NCBI RefSeq assembly: GCF_003704095.1
Contig: NW_020846105.1
Coordinates: 62,001-126,000, forward strand
DNA: 64,000 nt
Direction: 5' to 3'
Source: Pocillopora damicornis
Taxonomy: Eukaryota
Shown here: positions 51,101 through 64,000 of the stretch, piece after piece
Position numbering within the stretch: the first letter of the stretch is position 1
Layout of the letters: every line of letters begins with the position of its first letter
Notes under the pieces: generated by a model
Told to the model about the DNA's origin: nothing
The model's input: the letters and a program-made list of their open reading frames with translations, nothing else
The model's database searches: none
Translations under genes and position numbers: made by a program

Positions 51101-54100
51101 TCACAGGTGCTGCTAGATGTACAGTCTGTGGGCTCCGAGTAACAACTCTTTGTTTGGCCACATTGAGAAGTTAAAAACTGAAAGAGAAAGTAAAACGTAG
51201 GAATACCGTCAGCGTGGGCAGACAATTTGGCCGAAACAGCTGATAGTTCGTGAAATCTGGGGCTAATAGCGATTTGACACCATTTCTTGACTCTTTAAAA
51301 AACTGGTCAGCGAGGAAAAAGCGAAGAATTATGTCAGTCTACAAATTTGCCTTCTGTTTCTTACTTACCTCAAGTTCACCTTCGGGGGTGGGTGCTGGTG
51401 CTGTTTTACGCCCGTTTTTCAGCACGGCAGGTTGGGTAACATTCACCAGTTCTAAGGAAAATGTCGCATTTTCTCTATGATAAGAAAGAGCTCCTGTGTT
51501 ACCTAAAAAACAAACAAACAAAAAAACGGGTATGAGTTTAAAGAAAAAAAACGCAAAATTCACAAAAATTAAGCAAAAATAAAATGTGTTCTTTCTTTAG
51601 GTTTGTGCAAAATTGCCCTCGGTTGGCCAGGATCATTACCTACTAGAGAAAGCAACTTTTTCAGCAGAACGTAAACGAACATAATCTTCGTTTAGATGAT
51701 AAAAGAAAATGTGATTAAGGATACTTACTGACTTTACCCCAAGCAAATACAAAAAACCAGCTCTTGGTTAAATTTTTCATCCTCGGATCAGTGGGTGAAA
51801 TTTTGCGAACAAACCTACCAATAGATATGTAAGTACATTGTTACTTTGTTACAAATAACTCGAAGTAGTGCGCCCGTCAATTGTTTCTTTGAAGAAATTA
51901 TTTTGTACTAACTGGCCGTTGTGATTACTTTGGTTTTGGTTTTACTACTCCTCATTAGGAATGCATTTTGATGTACAAGCATGACATATCCAGCGATTCC
52001 TGAGACCGTAATTACCTACTTGCAAGTAACTGTTCCATTCTCATACGCTCCTATATCGCGAATTATGTCCGTAGAGTTTTCCTAACGATAACAATAATGA
52101 TAATCAGTTCTGAATGGAACCGAAGTATTTAACAAGCGATGTCAGTATGAAAATACATATGTCGATCCTTACCAAGTCAGTCCTGATTGGCTGATTGTAA
52201 TCTAAGTGATAGTGTCTAATTTCTACAGCGTTATTGGATGAAGTTGAACAAGTAATGGAGTCCGTTTGGTCCTGAAACGAAAATGACCATAAGGAAACTT
52301 CAGTTTGGCTAGCATGAAGCATAAGCATGAGACGCAATAGGTTAAAGGTCAATATGGAAACTGCCAAGTTGTTAAAAACATTTATGTCTGTTATCTCACA
52401 CTAACATGAAAATTATACTAATGGTGTGCATTCAACATACTCGAAAACTTTCGTTTATGTTGTGTATCAGAGAACTGTTAGAAAACTTGAAAATGCTCAA
52501 GCTTCACCTGACATGCAAACTACTGTTAACTGTATACTATAATTTCACCGTACCATTTTCTGCTTGGAATTGAATCCGATAGAAACGTAGCCATGTTTTC
52601 CACTCATCTCAAATGTAACATTTTCTCCTTTTGTTTCATAGGTGACCAAGAATTCGCAGTTTGAACTATCTGTGCAGTCTGTGGGCTCAGAATAACAACC
52701 TTTTTGGCTGCCGCAACCATATTTCGTTATCTAAAGAACACAAACAAATGATTGTCGAATGATCTTCAACAGGATAGAAAACGCAACAAGTATACCACTC
52801 CAACATGGGAACCGAAAGTGAGAATTTATCATGACGAAAATTATTCCCCTAATAAATAGATAACATGGCACGAATAACATATAAAGTAAATTTCAAGTCA
52901 GCGTTATTCGTTGTTATATAATCCATATCCTTCAATAAAAACAAATAACAGGCCGTTTTATTTACGCAAAGGGAAAGGGCGATTAAGCCGCGGAAGGCTT
53001 GGGGCGACTTCGCGAGCCATCGTCAAGTGCACCCTGACAGAGCCGCCAGTTATACAAGCTAGTTATTGCGGTTCTAAGTCACATTTTTCTGTCTTTCTCG
53101 CTTGTGAAATGTCAAAATACGGAATTATTGTCTGGTACAGATTTCTCATGCGACTTATTTTGGAGAAGAGTCAGATACAACCAACACTCAGTGTTACCTC
53201 AAAGCCAGGCTGTATCACTGGTGGCTGTTGTGGGTCCAATGCAGGGCCACTGACAGTCACAGACTGAACACCGACCCAAAAACTGGTGTAATTTTCGACG
53301 AAGGTGCCCCTGAATCGAAGAAAATAAGGTTTAAAGGAGTTTCTCTCGCTTAAGATTGAAAAATTGAATGTATGTAATCAGAGATGATGTCCCCCTTTTT
53401 GTAAACAAAACGGTGTTCATCGACAGTAGTAAAATGACTTGGATCCGTCTTCTAGCCTACGCCAGTATAAATATAAATTGTTGCTAACCAAAATGTGATA
53501 TTTCCAACGCTCTCTGCTGGTGCTTTCCAGGTAAATTCAAGCGTATAAAAGGCGGTAATCTGTGGTGGTCTGGAACGTTGGTGTGTCACTGTGTTCTGCT
53601 AACAAAAGAGAAATAAATGAAAAGTGAGGGATATTCAGGATAATCGAATTGCTCATCATTGTGATTATGGATACAGAAAGTAAAGAGAGAGCGAACAGAA
53701 GAGTCCAAGATAACGGTCACTGAGAAGGGGAGCAAAAATGAAATCAAAAGCTGGTTACCTGTGGCTCTCCACCGGAACACCACATATAGGTTTGGTTCGG
53801 AGACAGGTTCCCCTGAAAGGTACCAACAGGTCTTGAATCCCCTGCAGCACGCGCCTGAAGTATGAACCCCCCTAGAGAAAAAGAGACGTTATGACAAGAC
53901 TTTATGACACAGATGACTTAATGTTGCTAACAAAAGGGAGAATGATATGGGTCAGTAAGAAAAAACTCAGAGAAATTGAAACTATTTTTCACCATGATGA
54001 CCTCAATAAAAACCCTAGGCTCACCTTAAAACCCTTGGTACCATTTACCGTTACAGTCAGCTGACCATCTCGTGTATAGCTCTCATTACTCACGTGGATT

Positions 54101-54256
54101 CTGTATGGATTTGTGTTGGGCGGTTGAGGGGGAGTGGGTAAGGCCGGGGGTGGCTAAGTAAAATGATACGCAAAAAGGCTTTCGCAAACTGTGATTGGCA
54201 CATGTGTTGGGTACCCAATGCAAGTCATCAGTTGAGACGTGAACACTGCTAGGAGT
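48156..54256 (-). pseudogene. FRRS1: Ferric-chelate reductase 1-like copy A (Reeler-DOMON-DOMON-cytochrome b561) with in-frame stops
   Basis: Reeler exons 54025-54256, ~53759-53871, ~53489-53595, ~53198-53309. DOMON1 ~51369-52730. DOMON2 ~49977-51177. b561 exons 48631-49706, with His motifs AHG (end of the preceding exon), VHR, AHS and CHR. Terminal TM exons ~48399-48536 and 48156-48244. Stops: TAG at 54154-54156 in the Reeler frame, and TGA at 49684-49686 replacing the conserved Trp of HGSLMVVAW. First exon unresolved. Confidence 0.82.
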
Positions 54257-54689
54257 CTGGAAAACAACTTCAAACGACAGATACACATGAGTAAGCAGGT
54301 CAATTGTTATTACGTAAAATGAAAAAGTAAGTCTCGACATTGCACTGACTTTTCATGCACAGCAAACTTTTGCACTGTCATTACAATCGAAGGTGCGAAA
54401 AACGACCGTTTTCACCTAAAAAAATTTTCAAACAGCAGAGAAGTTGCAACATTCTATGACAAAACAAAAAGGAAATTTGAAAGAGCCCTTCAATCCTCTC
54501 TATTTTCCGATAGAGGCGTGTTCAGAGTCAGCTTACGTAGGTTTATTCTGGTAATTTAAGTACAACGCTTATTCCAAATTGAGCCAAACGAGAAAATCAG
54601 CGAGTATTTTACGGGGAATTTGCCTATCCTAACAATCCATCATTAGTAGGACATGCATAGTGCGAAGCAAACTAGCATTATTTTTTAAC

Positions 54690-54838
54690 GAAGGGGTAGG
54701 TTTCTAAATAAACTGTGATGCTGGGTTGGTGGGAGAGTATAACAGGGTAATGAAGTGTTATCAACTGAGTTGATAACGTGACTTGGCCGCTGTAAAGAGT
54801 TTTAAAGCTAGCGTTTCGAGCGTTAGCCCTTCGTTAGG
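54690..54838 (-). mobile_element. Penelope-like terminal repeat relic, second copy
   Basis: Reverse complement reads ctaacgaagggctaacgctcGAAACgctagctttaaaactctttac..ttatcaactcagttgataac. Confidence 0.55.
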
Positions 54839-56789
54839 TTTTGAGTTTTGCAAAGTCATGAAAGAATCTTAAGCATGATTGCACACAGAGCACTTACGGT
54901 CACAGTGCTGTTCAAGATAGCAAGATAGTGGTTCCCTCACGAACCAAATAGCTAACTCTACTATAATAATGTTTGTGAGTCTAGAAATCACGTAAATGTT
55001 TCAACTACGATGCAAAAAAATTTTCATATATCTGTTGTTCTGAAGTTTACGCGTCAGTGAACTCCCCCTTGTGAATAACAACGGATGATGGTCTCACAGG
55101 CTTATGAGCCTTAATATAAGTGTCGTGGTTCCCCTACCAAACTCAGGGAAAACTGTAACCTGCGTTTGACTCCTTAGATCATCCGTGTTATTACAATTAC
55201 TTTTATGTCGTTTCTTTTCTTCTTGTTTCTATTTCAAATATGGGCACTTCGGTTCTGTCCTGCTTTGTTCACGATCGAGTCAATGATTAAGATCATTTTA
55301 GTTTTGGATAATCACTTACCACTTTGTCAAACATATTGCGCGTTTTTTGCAAAATTCTTTCCGAGCGGTTCCTTTGCTTCTTGATGTGCAGCACTGATTC
55401 GAGCACGCGACAAGTCCTGATCACAACGACCGGTGCTTCTTGAAACAATGGGGTTTAATGATATTCGAGACCGGGAAAACAGGTTAATGCACAGTCACGC
55501 TTATTAAACCACTCAAGTTGATCATCTTTGTTAAGATTGTTACAAAACACTGAATAAAATAAAGCTCACGGAATTGTAAGACGATTTTATGACGAATCTT
55601 AAACTCTCACGAGTGACCGAGACAGGACTTCTCCTTACAATAGCAATACAACATTAAGCACATGTGATGAAAATCAAGAAAAAAATCATTAATGGGGTTA
55701 TTTGTTGACCCCATGCTAAATTCTCCATACTAACATCATAAGAACTGTATGGCATACTGTAAGGAGAATAACTTATGAGATCTTGGAAGTGAAAGAGTTA
55801 ACGTGTGCCTCTGGTCTAGGCCTTGTCAATGTTAATTTCACTATTTCGTTCTCGATTTTTATACCAAGCTTATATGTAGTCTGGGACGTGTCTTTAAACT
55901 GCTATTTTCATTTTGGTACATTATATTAGCCGACGCTTTTTTTATCCACTTAGTATCAATTTTACCCTTTTTCCACACCTTTAAATTTAGAATGAGAGCG
56001 CCCCTAAATTTGAACATTATATAACTGGCAAATAGCAGAGTTTTAGTTCTGATGTCATCTTAGAGTCAAAACACTTCTTCCCTCAGAATGTTTGCGCACT
56101 TGATCCTAGCATTACGTTGTCGACTCGTTACATTTTGACTTAAATTTGCTCTCTGTTTCATGGCAAGTTCCCCACAGCTCTGTGGGTTGAGCATTGGACC
56201 GCGAAACCGCGGTACCAGATAGGGCGCAGATCCTGTCCTGGAGAACTTGCTGGTTTTTTTTTTTTTAATTTTTTTAATTTCATTTTAGAGTTTTTTTTCC
56301 CTTTTTTTTCGGTGATTGTTTCCTTTCTCTATGTTATACCAAGCCTATAAATAGTCTGGGATGTATTTGTATACCGGTTTTTTCTCATTAGCCAACGTTT
56401 TTTTCACCCACTTTCTGNNNNNNNNNNNNNNNNNNNNNNNNNNNNNNNNNNNNNNNNNNNNNNNNNNNNNNNNNNNNNNNNNNNNNNNNNNNNNNNNNNN
56501 NNNNNNNNNNNNNNNNNCCTTAAAGGTAACTTCCTTTTCAATTTAATTGAATGCAGATTTGGACAAACATCACATATAAAAGACAAAATAAAAGAAATAC
56601 AGATGATAAACGATGGATGAGATTTAAAGGACTGTACAAGAAGAAAATGAAAAGTTTTAGTTGAATGTTTCAGGAAGAAAATTCAGATAGATTCTTTCTA
56701 CGAGTCTCCGCGCTTTCAACTTAGAGATTGATTGTTTCGCATGTTGAAATAATAGCACACCCTTATAAACTCACTCCTTGACTTTTGAT

Positions 56790-59700
56790 TTAGCTGTCGT
56801 GATCATGTTTGTGAGATTCTCCGTCAGCGATTGCAATCAGCACCAAAAGTGCAATCACAACACCAACTGAAACAAGAACCGTAAAGGCAAACAGAAACTT
56901 CCGTTTATTTACAACCTGCAAAAAGGAAAAAAAGCAGCAACGGGTGAGAACCGAAAGAAAACATCCACAGAGAGTATTACCCTATTTGCACACAAAGCTT
57001 GGACGACTGGAAGAGAAGGAAATTAAGAATTTTTCCTTCAGCAGGAGTTCACAAAGAACGCATTTTACGTCACCTATATCGCTGATCATAATGCACTGGC
57101 TTCATTTAACCTTTCACTCCCAAAATCTCATTAGTAGTTCTCCTCACTGTCTGTCATACAATTCTTACGGTGTTTGTTTGGAGAATTTGATATTGGATCA
57201 ATAAATAATCCCCAAATAAGTATTTTTCTTTGTTAACATCACTTGTAATTGTAAGGAGACATGCTGTTTTAGCACACATGTAGTTTAAGGGTTAAGGCAT
57301 GAAAGCGTTTAAATTCGTTAAACTTCCTCGGGACCAGAATTAAGCATAGCAAAAGATACAACAAGACAAGATATAATGAAACGAATTTTCATACCGGAAC
57401 GCCAGGGGGCTGCAATTCAACATTACCATCTGTCATTCAAAAAGACATAAAAATACAACAAGAGTCACGTAACTAGCTCACACGAGGGAGATTAGAATCA
57501 ATCGAAAATGGCCAAAAGAATAGTAAGTTTACTGAAGAATATGACCATTTTTGAACGCTTTAATCTCACTTTGAAAGAATTCCTTAAAATAGTATATAAA
57601 ATCTAGACACTGACTGATCTTGACGGGCAGTTCTGATTGATACTTAGCTTCCTTACTACACAAGTAATCACCTTCTTTCCCTCCCGACGGACCGACGTTG
57701 AAAGATGCTCCGCCACGCGACGTCGTCAAAGTATCGTAAATGTCGTAAGCAACCACAAGAATCAAAGCCACACAATAGGCGACCATGGGGTACAAGGCGG
57801 GGTCACCTAGCCTTGAGTGAGGAAGGCGAAGACCAAAGAACACAGTCACCACTGTGAAGTTTAACAAAGAAAAGTTTAAGACGTATTATATAAATAAAAA
57901 TAAGGGGTTAGCATCTAAAGAAATTGCTGAAAACCATCAGTGTAAATTGGAGATAATTTCAGCCACTAATCTGTTTGACAGTTCAGTGATCTCTAAAGTG
58001 CGTGACTTTGTATGAAGTTTAAAAGAAAGTCGCAAACGTTTCCCGCACAGTATCATCTTTCTTTAACTCCTGAGATCTGCTTTGCGATTCTCCCATCTAC
58101 TGAGTTAGTTTCCATTTTCTATATTAATTAATCAAGGGAATCTGGTGTCACAGTGTATCGTTAATATAACAAGGAGTTACCAGTTTTTCAGTTCAAGAAG
58201 CTAAAGAGCTGCGCCAGTGATCATTCTAAAGTTATTTTGATTCAAAAGACTCCTTACCAGCCAGGATCAGTGCAGACAGCCCCACACCACGATGGGCCCA
58301 GTTGAAGATGTAGCGTCTAAAGAAAAGCAACACCAACAATAAGGAACATAAACACTGAGGATACATAAGAGAAAAGAAAGAAAAAAAAATACTCTCCGAA
58401 CATACTTTTCTTCTCCGGGGTGGGGTCTGAATACTGCCATAATTGGTTGAATAACAGCGAGCACCAGTACAAATATACCAGTGATTGGATGAGCGCCAGC
58501 TTCCTGTGAGTAAAAGAAAAAAGAGGGCTGGGAACTATCTATCTATGTAGCCAATCGATAGGCCTAGTACAAGCCTAGCCTCTTGTTCAATCAACAATCC
58601 ACCTCTAGAAAACTCTAGACTAGCGCTTTGCACCGGGGATATGACGTAAATTGACGTTGTCACTGGTTAACTGGTTGTGATTGGCTGAGGCGTCACGCAG
58701 ATTAGGAAGACAATGATAATGATGCATTTATATAGCGGATTCTCCATATGAATATTTTCTAATGCACATATATCATTTACATCAGTGTTTAGAGGACTGT
58801 GGCTAGACTGCTTAAGGCAGTTAACAACATTTTTTAAAGGAAATTTCACTTTGCGGGAAGTGCGTGGGTTCTCTAGCAGCTAACCAATATAGAGAAGATA
58901 CAGGATACGAAGATTTAGTCCTACCTTGGTCCAGCGACCAGCATGAACAAAAATGAGGATAACTCCAAGAATAGTAAGCACAACTGTCAAGACCATTAAC
59001 AATCGGTGAAGCTGAGAGATAACAATCAAAATATGGACCAATGTCAGTATCTGAGCGACAACGGACCTNNNNNNNNNNNNNNNNNNNNNNNNNNNNNNNN
59101 NNNNNNNNNNNNNNNNNNNNNNNNNNNNNNNNNNNNNNNNNNNNNNNNNNNNNNNNNNNNNNNNNNNNTGAGTTTAAAATTTCAATAACTACAATTTATT
59201 TTTCTCACCATCTTGTTCTTTTCACTGTTAAAACCAATGGCCCCCCATTGTTTCTTGGTGCTAAGCTCAAATTCCACTGACTCACACTGGTCCCCCTCTG
59301 GTTTTATGGTCACAAGATATTCACAGTCTTTGCTGGACTTGCAATTTGCAGGCTCAGAATAGCAGCTCTTTGTCTTCCCGCATCCATCTTTGGTTATCTT
59401 TTGTGACTAGAACACAAGAGTAAAACCCTTGTGAATGACACTCTGCAAGCTCATTCCTAAGGTTCTTCCCCTCCCTATATTAGCTGGGCCCATTTTTTGA
59501 TCATTGGGCTCACCTGAGAGCTCTCTGTTGAAGTCCCACTAGTGGGACCCTCTGCTGGTGGACCATGAACCACAGGAGAAGAAACTTTTTCCCAGAAAGT
59601 GGAATAGTTCTGAACAATGGTTGCACTGTATATAGAAAATAAATAACACATGAAAATCTACAAAAGGCAGGGACTGCATATTTAAACATTGGCTGCTGCA

Positions 59701-61192
59701 TATCTCAAATATTTCCTGTAGGAACTCTGTCTATGCAATTATAACTATAAAGTGCCTTGCACAAAGGGTTCAGTACATTTCAACTTCCAACAAAACACTT
59801 ACAATAATGCAACAATCAATTCAAAGCTTCAACATCCCCCCTCATGCATTCCACAAACATTTGATTGTCCTTCGTGCCCAGCCTGTGGGGTGGGGAATTT
59901 GAACCAGAAGTATTTAGTATCAAGTCTTTCCAGTTGTATCTTTCAATATGGAGGTACTTAAAGGAAAAGAGTTGACTTTTGCAAGCAGATGGCCCTGAGG
60001 AGGAAAGGTCTACAAGGTCCAGGTTTTAGGTTTCACCAAATAATTGACCATCAAATCTGACACTTGGGAAGGACATTAAACTCAATTTTGGCCCTTAAGA
60101 ATGGGTTTTTGTTAAACCAATTTTCAAAAGTTCAAATGCTTGAGTTCAAATAGACTGACACATTACATTCCACAGCCAACCCCCCATCCCACCCCTCATG
60201 TTAACAAGTTTAAGCTATGTACATATTATGACCTTCAAAAAAACAAATATGTTACTGACATGAAGCTGATGTTCCCTGCACTCTTTTCAGGAGCCATCCA
60301 AGTGAACTGAAGTGAATTCAAGTTCTTAGCTGGGTTAGGATTTTTATGACCAACTGTGTCCTAAATATGAGCAGAAAAAAAAACAATAGTTTCCTCTGCC
60401 AAGACACCTATAGTGCTTATTATCTGAAAAAGAATTTGAAATAAGTATGCAATACCTTACCTCATCTCCAGAACAGTCAAGAGAAGCTGTATCTGCAAGA
60501 AAAATAAAAATATGTCCGCTTGTCCACCAATGCTTCCAAAAAAAAGAAAAGGTATAATTGCCATTCTTTCACCAAAGATTGGCCAGAAATGTTCTATCCT
60601 TCATCAGCCAGGACTCCTGTTTCCTTTTTTTGTTTGTTTGCAAGAACAGTTAAAGAGATAGTACTTGTGTCCAATTTGATGTCCCAGGGATGTCAGCAGA
60701 AGAAGGAGAAGTCCTATATAAGCGTTTTACTGGGATTTTTTTGGCATTCAAGTTTCGACGTTATAAACAATTTCTTCCCTGGTTGAGAAAGACCTAGGAA
60801 CCCCTTATTTTCACCTTAAATTCATAGAAGACAAAGAAAAAGTTACTTTATCAGATGTCTTGAATTATGTGCGAGAAGTAGAAGAAGAAGTTTAGAGAAT
60901 ACATACAACTTGGAATTTGAGTAAATGTTCCTACTGGCCGAGGAATCGAGCTTTCAGTCCCCTGTGCATTTAAAATGAATCCCTTAAAAGGCTGTGATCC
61001 TGAGATGATCACTGTCAGGTTGTCTCCAGGGTTATACAAAAGTGAGGACACAGAGATGTTATAAGGAGGCAGTCCTTGTTGTGCCACAGCCCTTTTGTGG
61101 TGAGGGAACTTATTCTCGCAGGCACTCAATGGAGGACCTTTAGAGAATCCAAACACGGTTGAGACACTGAGGAGCAACAGCTGAGCTGCGAC
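56790..61192 (-). CDS. FRRS1: Ferric-chelate reductase 1-like copy B (Reeler-DOMON-cytochrome b561); middle exons missing at gap 59069-59168
   Basis: Exons 60907-61192 (signal end plus Reeler: GFSKGPPLSAC..PFKGFILNA), 60461-60492, 60260-60360 (FTWMAP), 59514-59625, 59209-59406 (CGKTKSC..AIGFN..KM). b561 exons 58925-59011 (LHR), 58406-58503 (AHPITG..QP..FRPHP), 58258-58316 (FNWAHR). Then 57672-57851, 57395-57429 and 56790-56915 (..GESHKHDHDS*). First exon not located. Confidence 0.87.
57106..57295. mobile_element. TTAACCCTT-terminated MITE-like repeat (related copies ~16166-16260 and ~55600-55801)
   Basis: Begins ttaacctttcactcccaaaatctc and ends aagggttaa. A similar start occurs at 16166. 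Confidence 0.6.
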
Positions 61193-62377
61193 CTGAAATA
61201 GATTAAAAGAAAAAGTTTTTGCGAACATCATGGTTTATTTGAACATTGCTTTTTTACCTTTACCCTTACAAGTACGCTGAAATGCAGGTGGGTTTGAAGA
61301 TTTAGACCTACCCAATGACGTTAGGCGGTAATTATGAAATTGATTTGACATTGGAGAAAAGAAGTTCCTAAGGATCTTGAAATAATATTCATGTTAAAAA
61401 TCTTGTTACTTAGATTTGGAACAAAAATGAAGAAAATACACTATCTTAGCTATATGGTTTAGCATGTGTCTCTGTAAGATTGTCTTTTCTGATATAATGC
61501 ATTTAAATCAGCACCAAAAAAGTTAAAAAAAGAGTTAAAGCAATTATGATGTATTTATAAAGTGTTGCTATGAAAATAACATAATCAGTGTTTTGTTTAA
61601 ACAGTAACCTCATGGTGTACATCTTTGTAGACATGACATCCTTTTTTAATGCCAAGAAATTAAAATTTAAATCCAGAACCATTTAGTGGATGACCTCCAG
61701 AAAGTGAGATGTATGAGTTCAGCATGATAACTAAAAAAAAGATACATTTCTCAGAATACATACCTACAAAACACATACTACCACATTGAAAATTCGCATC
61801 AGGTTTTCACCCAACGATAAAAATCGGAAACCAATATGCATCTGAAGTGCCGATTTTTTTAAAATTCAGAATTTAAAGTGAAAAAAAAAAACAACAAAAA
61901 AAACACGGGAACTGTTGACTTCATCTTCCAACGCCTTTGAAAAACGTTTCGTAAAGTAGACAGAAGCCCTTAAGCCATCGATATAACGAATATAAAATAT
62001 GTTGGCCTCTATTCTTTGTTACAACAACATTGNNNNNNNNNNNNNNNNNNNNNNNNNNNNNNNNNNNNNNNNNNNNNNNNNNNNNNNNNNNNNNNNNNNN
62101 NNNNNNNNNNNNNNNNNNNNNNNNNNNNNNNNTGCGGTTAAGTCATTGGTTCTCAAAATGATTAAAGCTAGACATATTAGACTTTTGTTTTACCAAATAT
62201 CTTTTGTTAATAATTGACGTGTTGCGCGTAATGTATAGCACCATGAAATCGGTCGTCGATTGTTCGAGATTTATCAGGTTTAAAATAAATATTAGATTAA
62301 TTAGACTATTGTTAATTTTTCCCAAAAATGGTTTCTTTGAATGAACTTCGTTTTAACCACAGTATCAGCTCTCTTAC

Positions 62378-63913
62378 CATGAACCTGTACCAATGTAATG
62401 CTCTTCTCTGCTGCAACAAGCTCTCCCTTTGCACAGACGTCCACTTTCTGAGGGCTGGTTTTTGGAGTTGTGGAGTGTATGCCTATCTTGTCTCCACCTG
62501 TTTATTAAGAAAAGCATCAATATCAGTATCTGAGAAACTGCACATCTACCCCCCCCCCAACCCAACTGCAGTCAAGCGATAAGAAGTTAGGCTTTATCTT
62601 GAGTTTGGGGAGGAGTAGGTGCGCAGTTGCTCAGACACTGACATTGATCCAAAAACCGTTCACACTGTCAAACAATGAATACATATTTACTATTAAAAAA
62701 AAAATCACTTACTCATAGGGCCGCTTGCATACACAAGATGCCATGTCTTCGTAAGATCCACCATCTTGTCATCTTTCTTCTTCCTTTTAAAGCTATTTTA
62801 AATAACGACAACCGTGTTTTATTATCTCTCATTTCTAGAAAGGGAAGAATTTCTACCTAATTTCTTGTAGTATTTCTTCCTCTGGTGTTTTCATATCATT
62901 AAAAAGTTAGAGGAAAACGGAACTAAGCACAAACGACAAAATAACCCTACCCCACCCCTGACACTCTGGATCCGAGGCTTCCTGGCCTCGGTTTAGGGAG
63001 GAGACTCCAATGGCTTAGGATCAAGATGTCCAGATTCGAACCTTGACTGGTTCATCATGTTGTGATTTTGAGCCATAATTTACATTCTCAGTGCCTCTTT
63101 AAGCTCAAGGACAAAAATAGGAGTCCATGAAAGTTAAGGAAAACTTGTAGGTTTGATCCACTTGTGATACTCTCGCAGATGGAATGGGACTTACCGACAG
63201 GCAACAACTCCATCTTTTGATTCAGCAAGAGTTACAATAATAGAGGCGGGTGTCTGGAATACAAAAATACGTCAATTATCACACACTTAATCGAAACTCG
63301 CAAAAACTCAGTTTATCTGCGCGTTTTCATCTCTATACTCATTATTTCATGTTGTGATCCATACAAGCTATATCTAAACTGGTAACCTGGTAAAAATACC
63401 GCTGGACAGTTGAGGATGCCAGGTACTTACAGGTGTGGTCTTCGTAGGTCTACCGTACCCTTGGTCGGCCATATAATGTTCTACAGTGACATTATTCTTG
63501 ACTTCAGCGCATATTAAGGCATCGGTGCCATCCTAAAAAAAAGCAAATAACAAGCAGTGCTGTCAACGATTTGATCATTACCACCAGAACAGAAATGGCT
63601 CTTTTTNNNNNNNNNNNNNNNNNNNNNNNNNNNNNNNNNNNNNNNNNNNNNNNNNNNNNNNNNNNNNNNNNNNNNNNNNNNNNNNNNNNNNNNNNNNNNN
63701 NNNNNNTGAGGCGCAGCTGAGTATGTCACTGATGTTCAACTTGGAATCTATTTGTTAAACTGGTAACCTGGTAAAAATACCACTGGACAGTCGAGGATGC
63801 CAGGTACTTACAGGGGTGGTCTTTGTAGGTCTACCATACCCTTGGTCGGCCATATAATGTTCTACAGTGACTTTATCATTGACTTCAGCGCAGATTAAGG
63901 CATCGGTGCCATC
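62378..63913 (-). CDS. FRRS1-like DOMON exons (probably the missing middle of copy B, or part of a third paralog)
   Basis: Exons 63812-63913 and 63431-63532 (DGTDALICAEV..VEHY, duplicated), 63195-63253 (TPASIIVTLAESKDGVVAC), 62713-62792 (FKRKKK..DLTKTWHLVYASG), 62378-62497 (..IGIHS..KVDVC..LVQVHG). They are homologous exon-by-exon to copy A DOMON2. Confidence 0.8.
62514..62650. mobile_element. Short hairpin MITE
   Basis: Inverted arms atcaatatcagtatctgagaaactgcacatctacccc / ggagtaggtgcgcagttgctcagacactgacattgatcc. A partial copy sits at the gap edge, 59035-59068. Confidence 0.7.
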
Positions 63914-63987
63914 CTGAAAACAAGTAAATAACAAACAGTGCTGTCAACAATCTAATTATTATCACCAGAACAGAAATGGCTCTTTTT
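63378..63987. repeat. ~230-bp near-identical direct repeat on either side of a 100-N gap
   Basis: 63378-63606 and 63758-63987 share the exon and introns with scattered substitutions. Confidence 0.85.
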
Positions 63988-64000
63988 TCGTTGCATGACA

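Overview
AT-rich, intron-containing animal genomic scaffold with many N gaps. The repeat families and gene content suggest a cnidarian, most likely a stony coral (inference). The supplied ORF track mostly captures single exons, so I assembled gene models by hand from GT-AG splice sites and reading phase. (1) 1-29.6 kb: a tandem array of five copies of a type-I membrane receptor, labelled ACR-1 to ACR-5, with the architecture signal peptide - apextrin C-terminal (ApeC) domain - CUB (x1-2) - Ser/Thr/Pro stalk - TM - variable tail. ACR-2 is a pseudogene, ACR-3 has a recently duplicated CUB exon, and ACR-5 has a tail with five NPxY and two LY[A/S]EV motifs. (2) 31-36 kb: an SRCR-FN3-FN3-Ig-TM receptor whose FN3 domains carry W..C..C motifs resembling class II cytokine receptors. 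(3) 37.7-44.8 kb: a 4xCUB-TM receptor. (4) 48-64 kb, minus strand: two ferric-chelate reductase (Reeler-DOMON-cytochrome b561, FRRS1-like) genes. One has two DOMONs and nonsense codons. The other has a His-rich C-terminus, and its missing middle exons appear on a probably misplaced contig. MITEs, SINE-like repeats and Penelope-type hammerhead relics are interspersed. The best candidate for a novel system is the diversifying membrane-anchored ApeC-CUB putative pattern-recognition receptor cluster.
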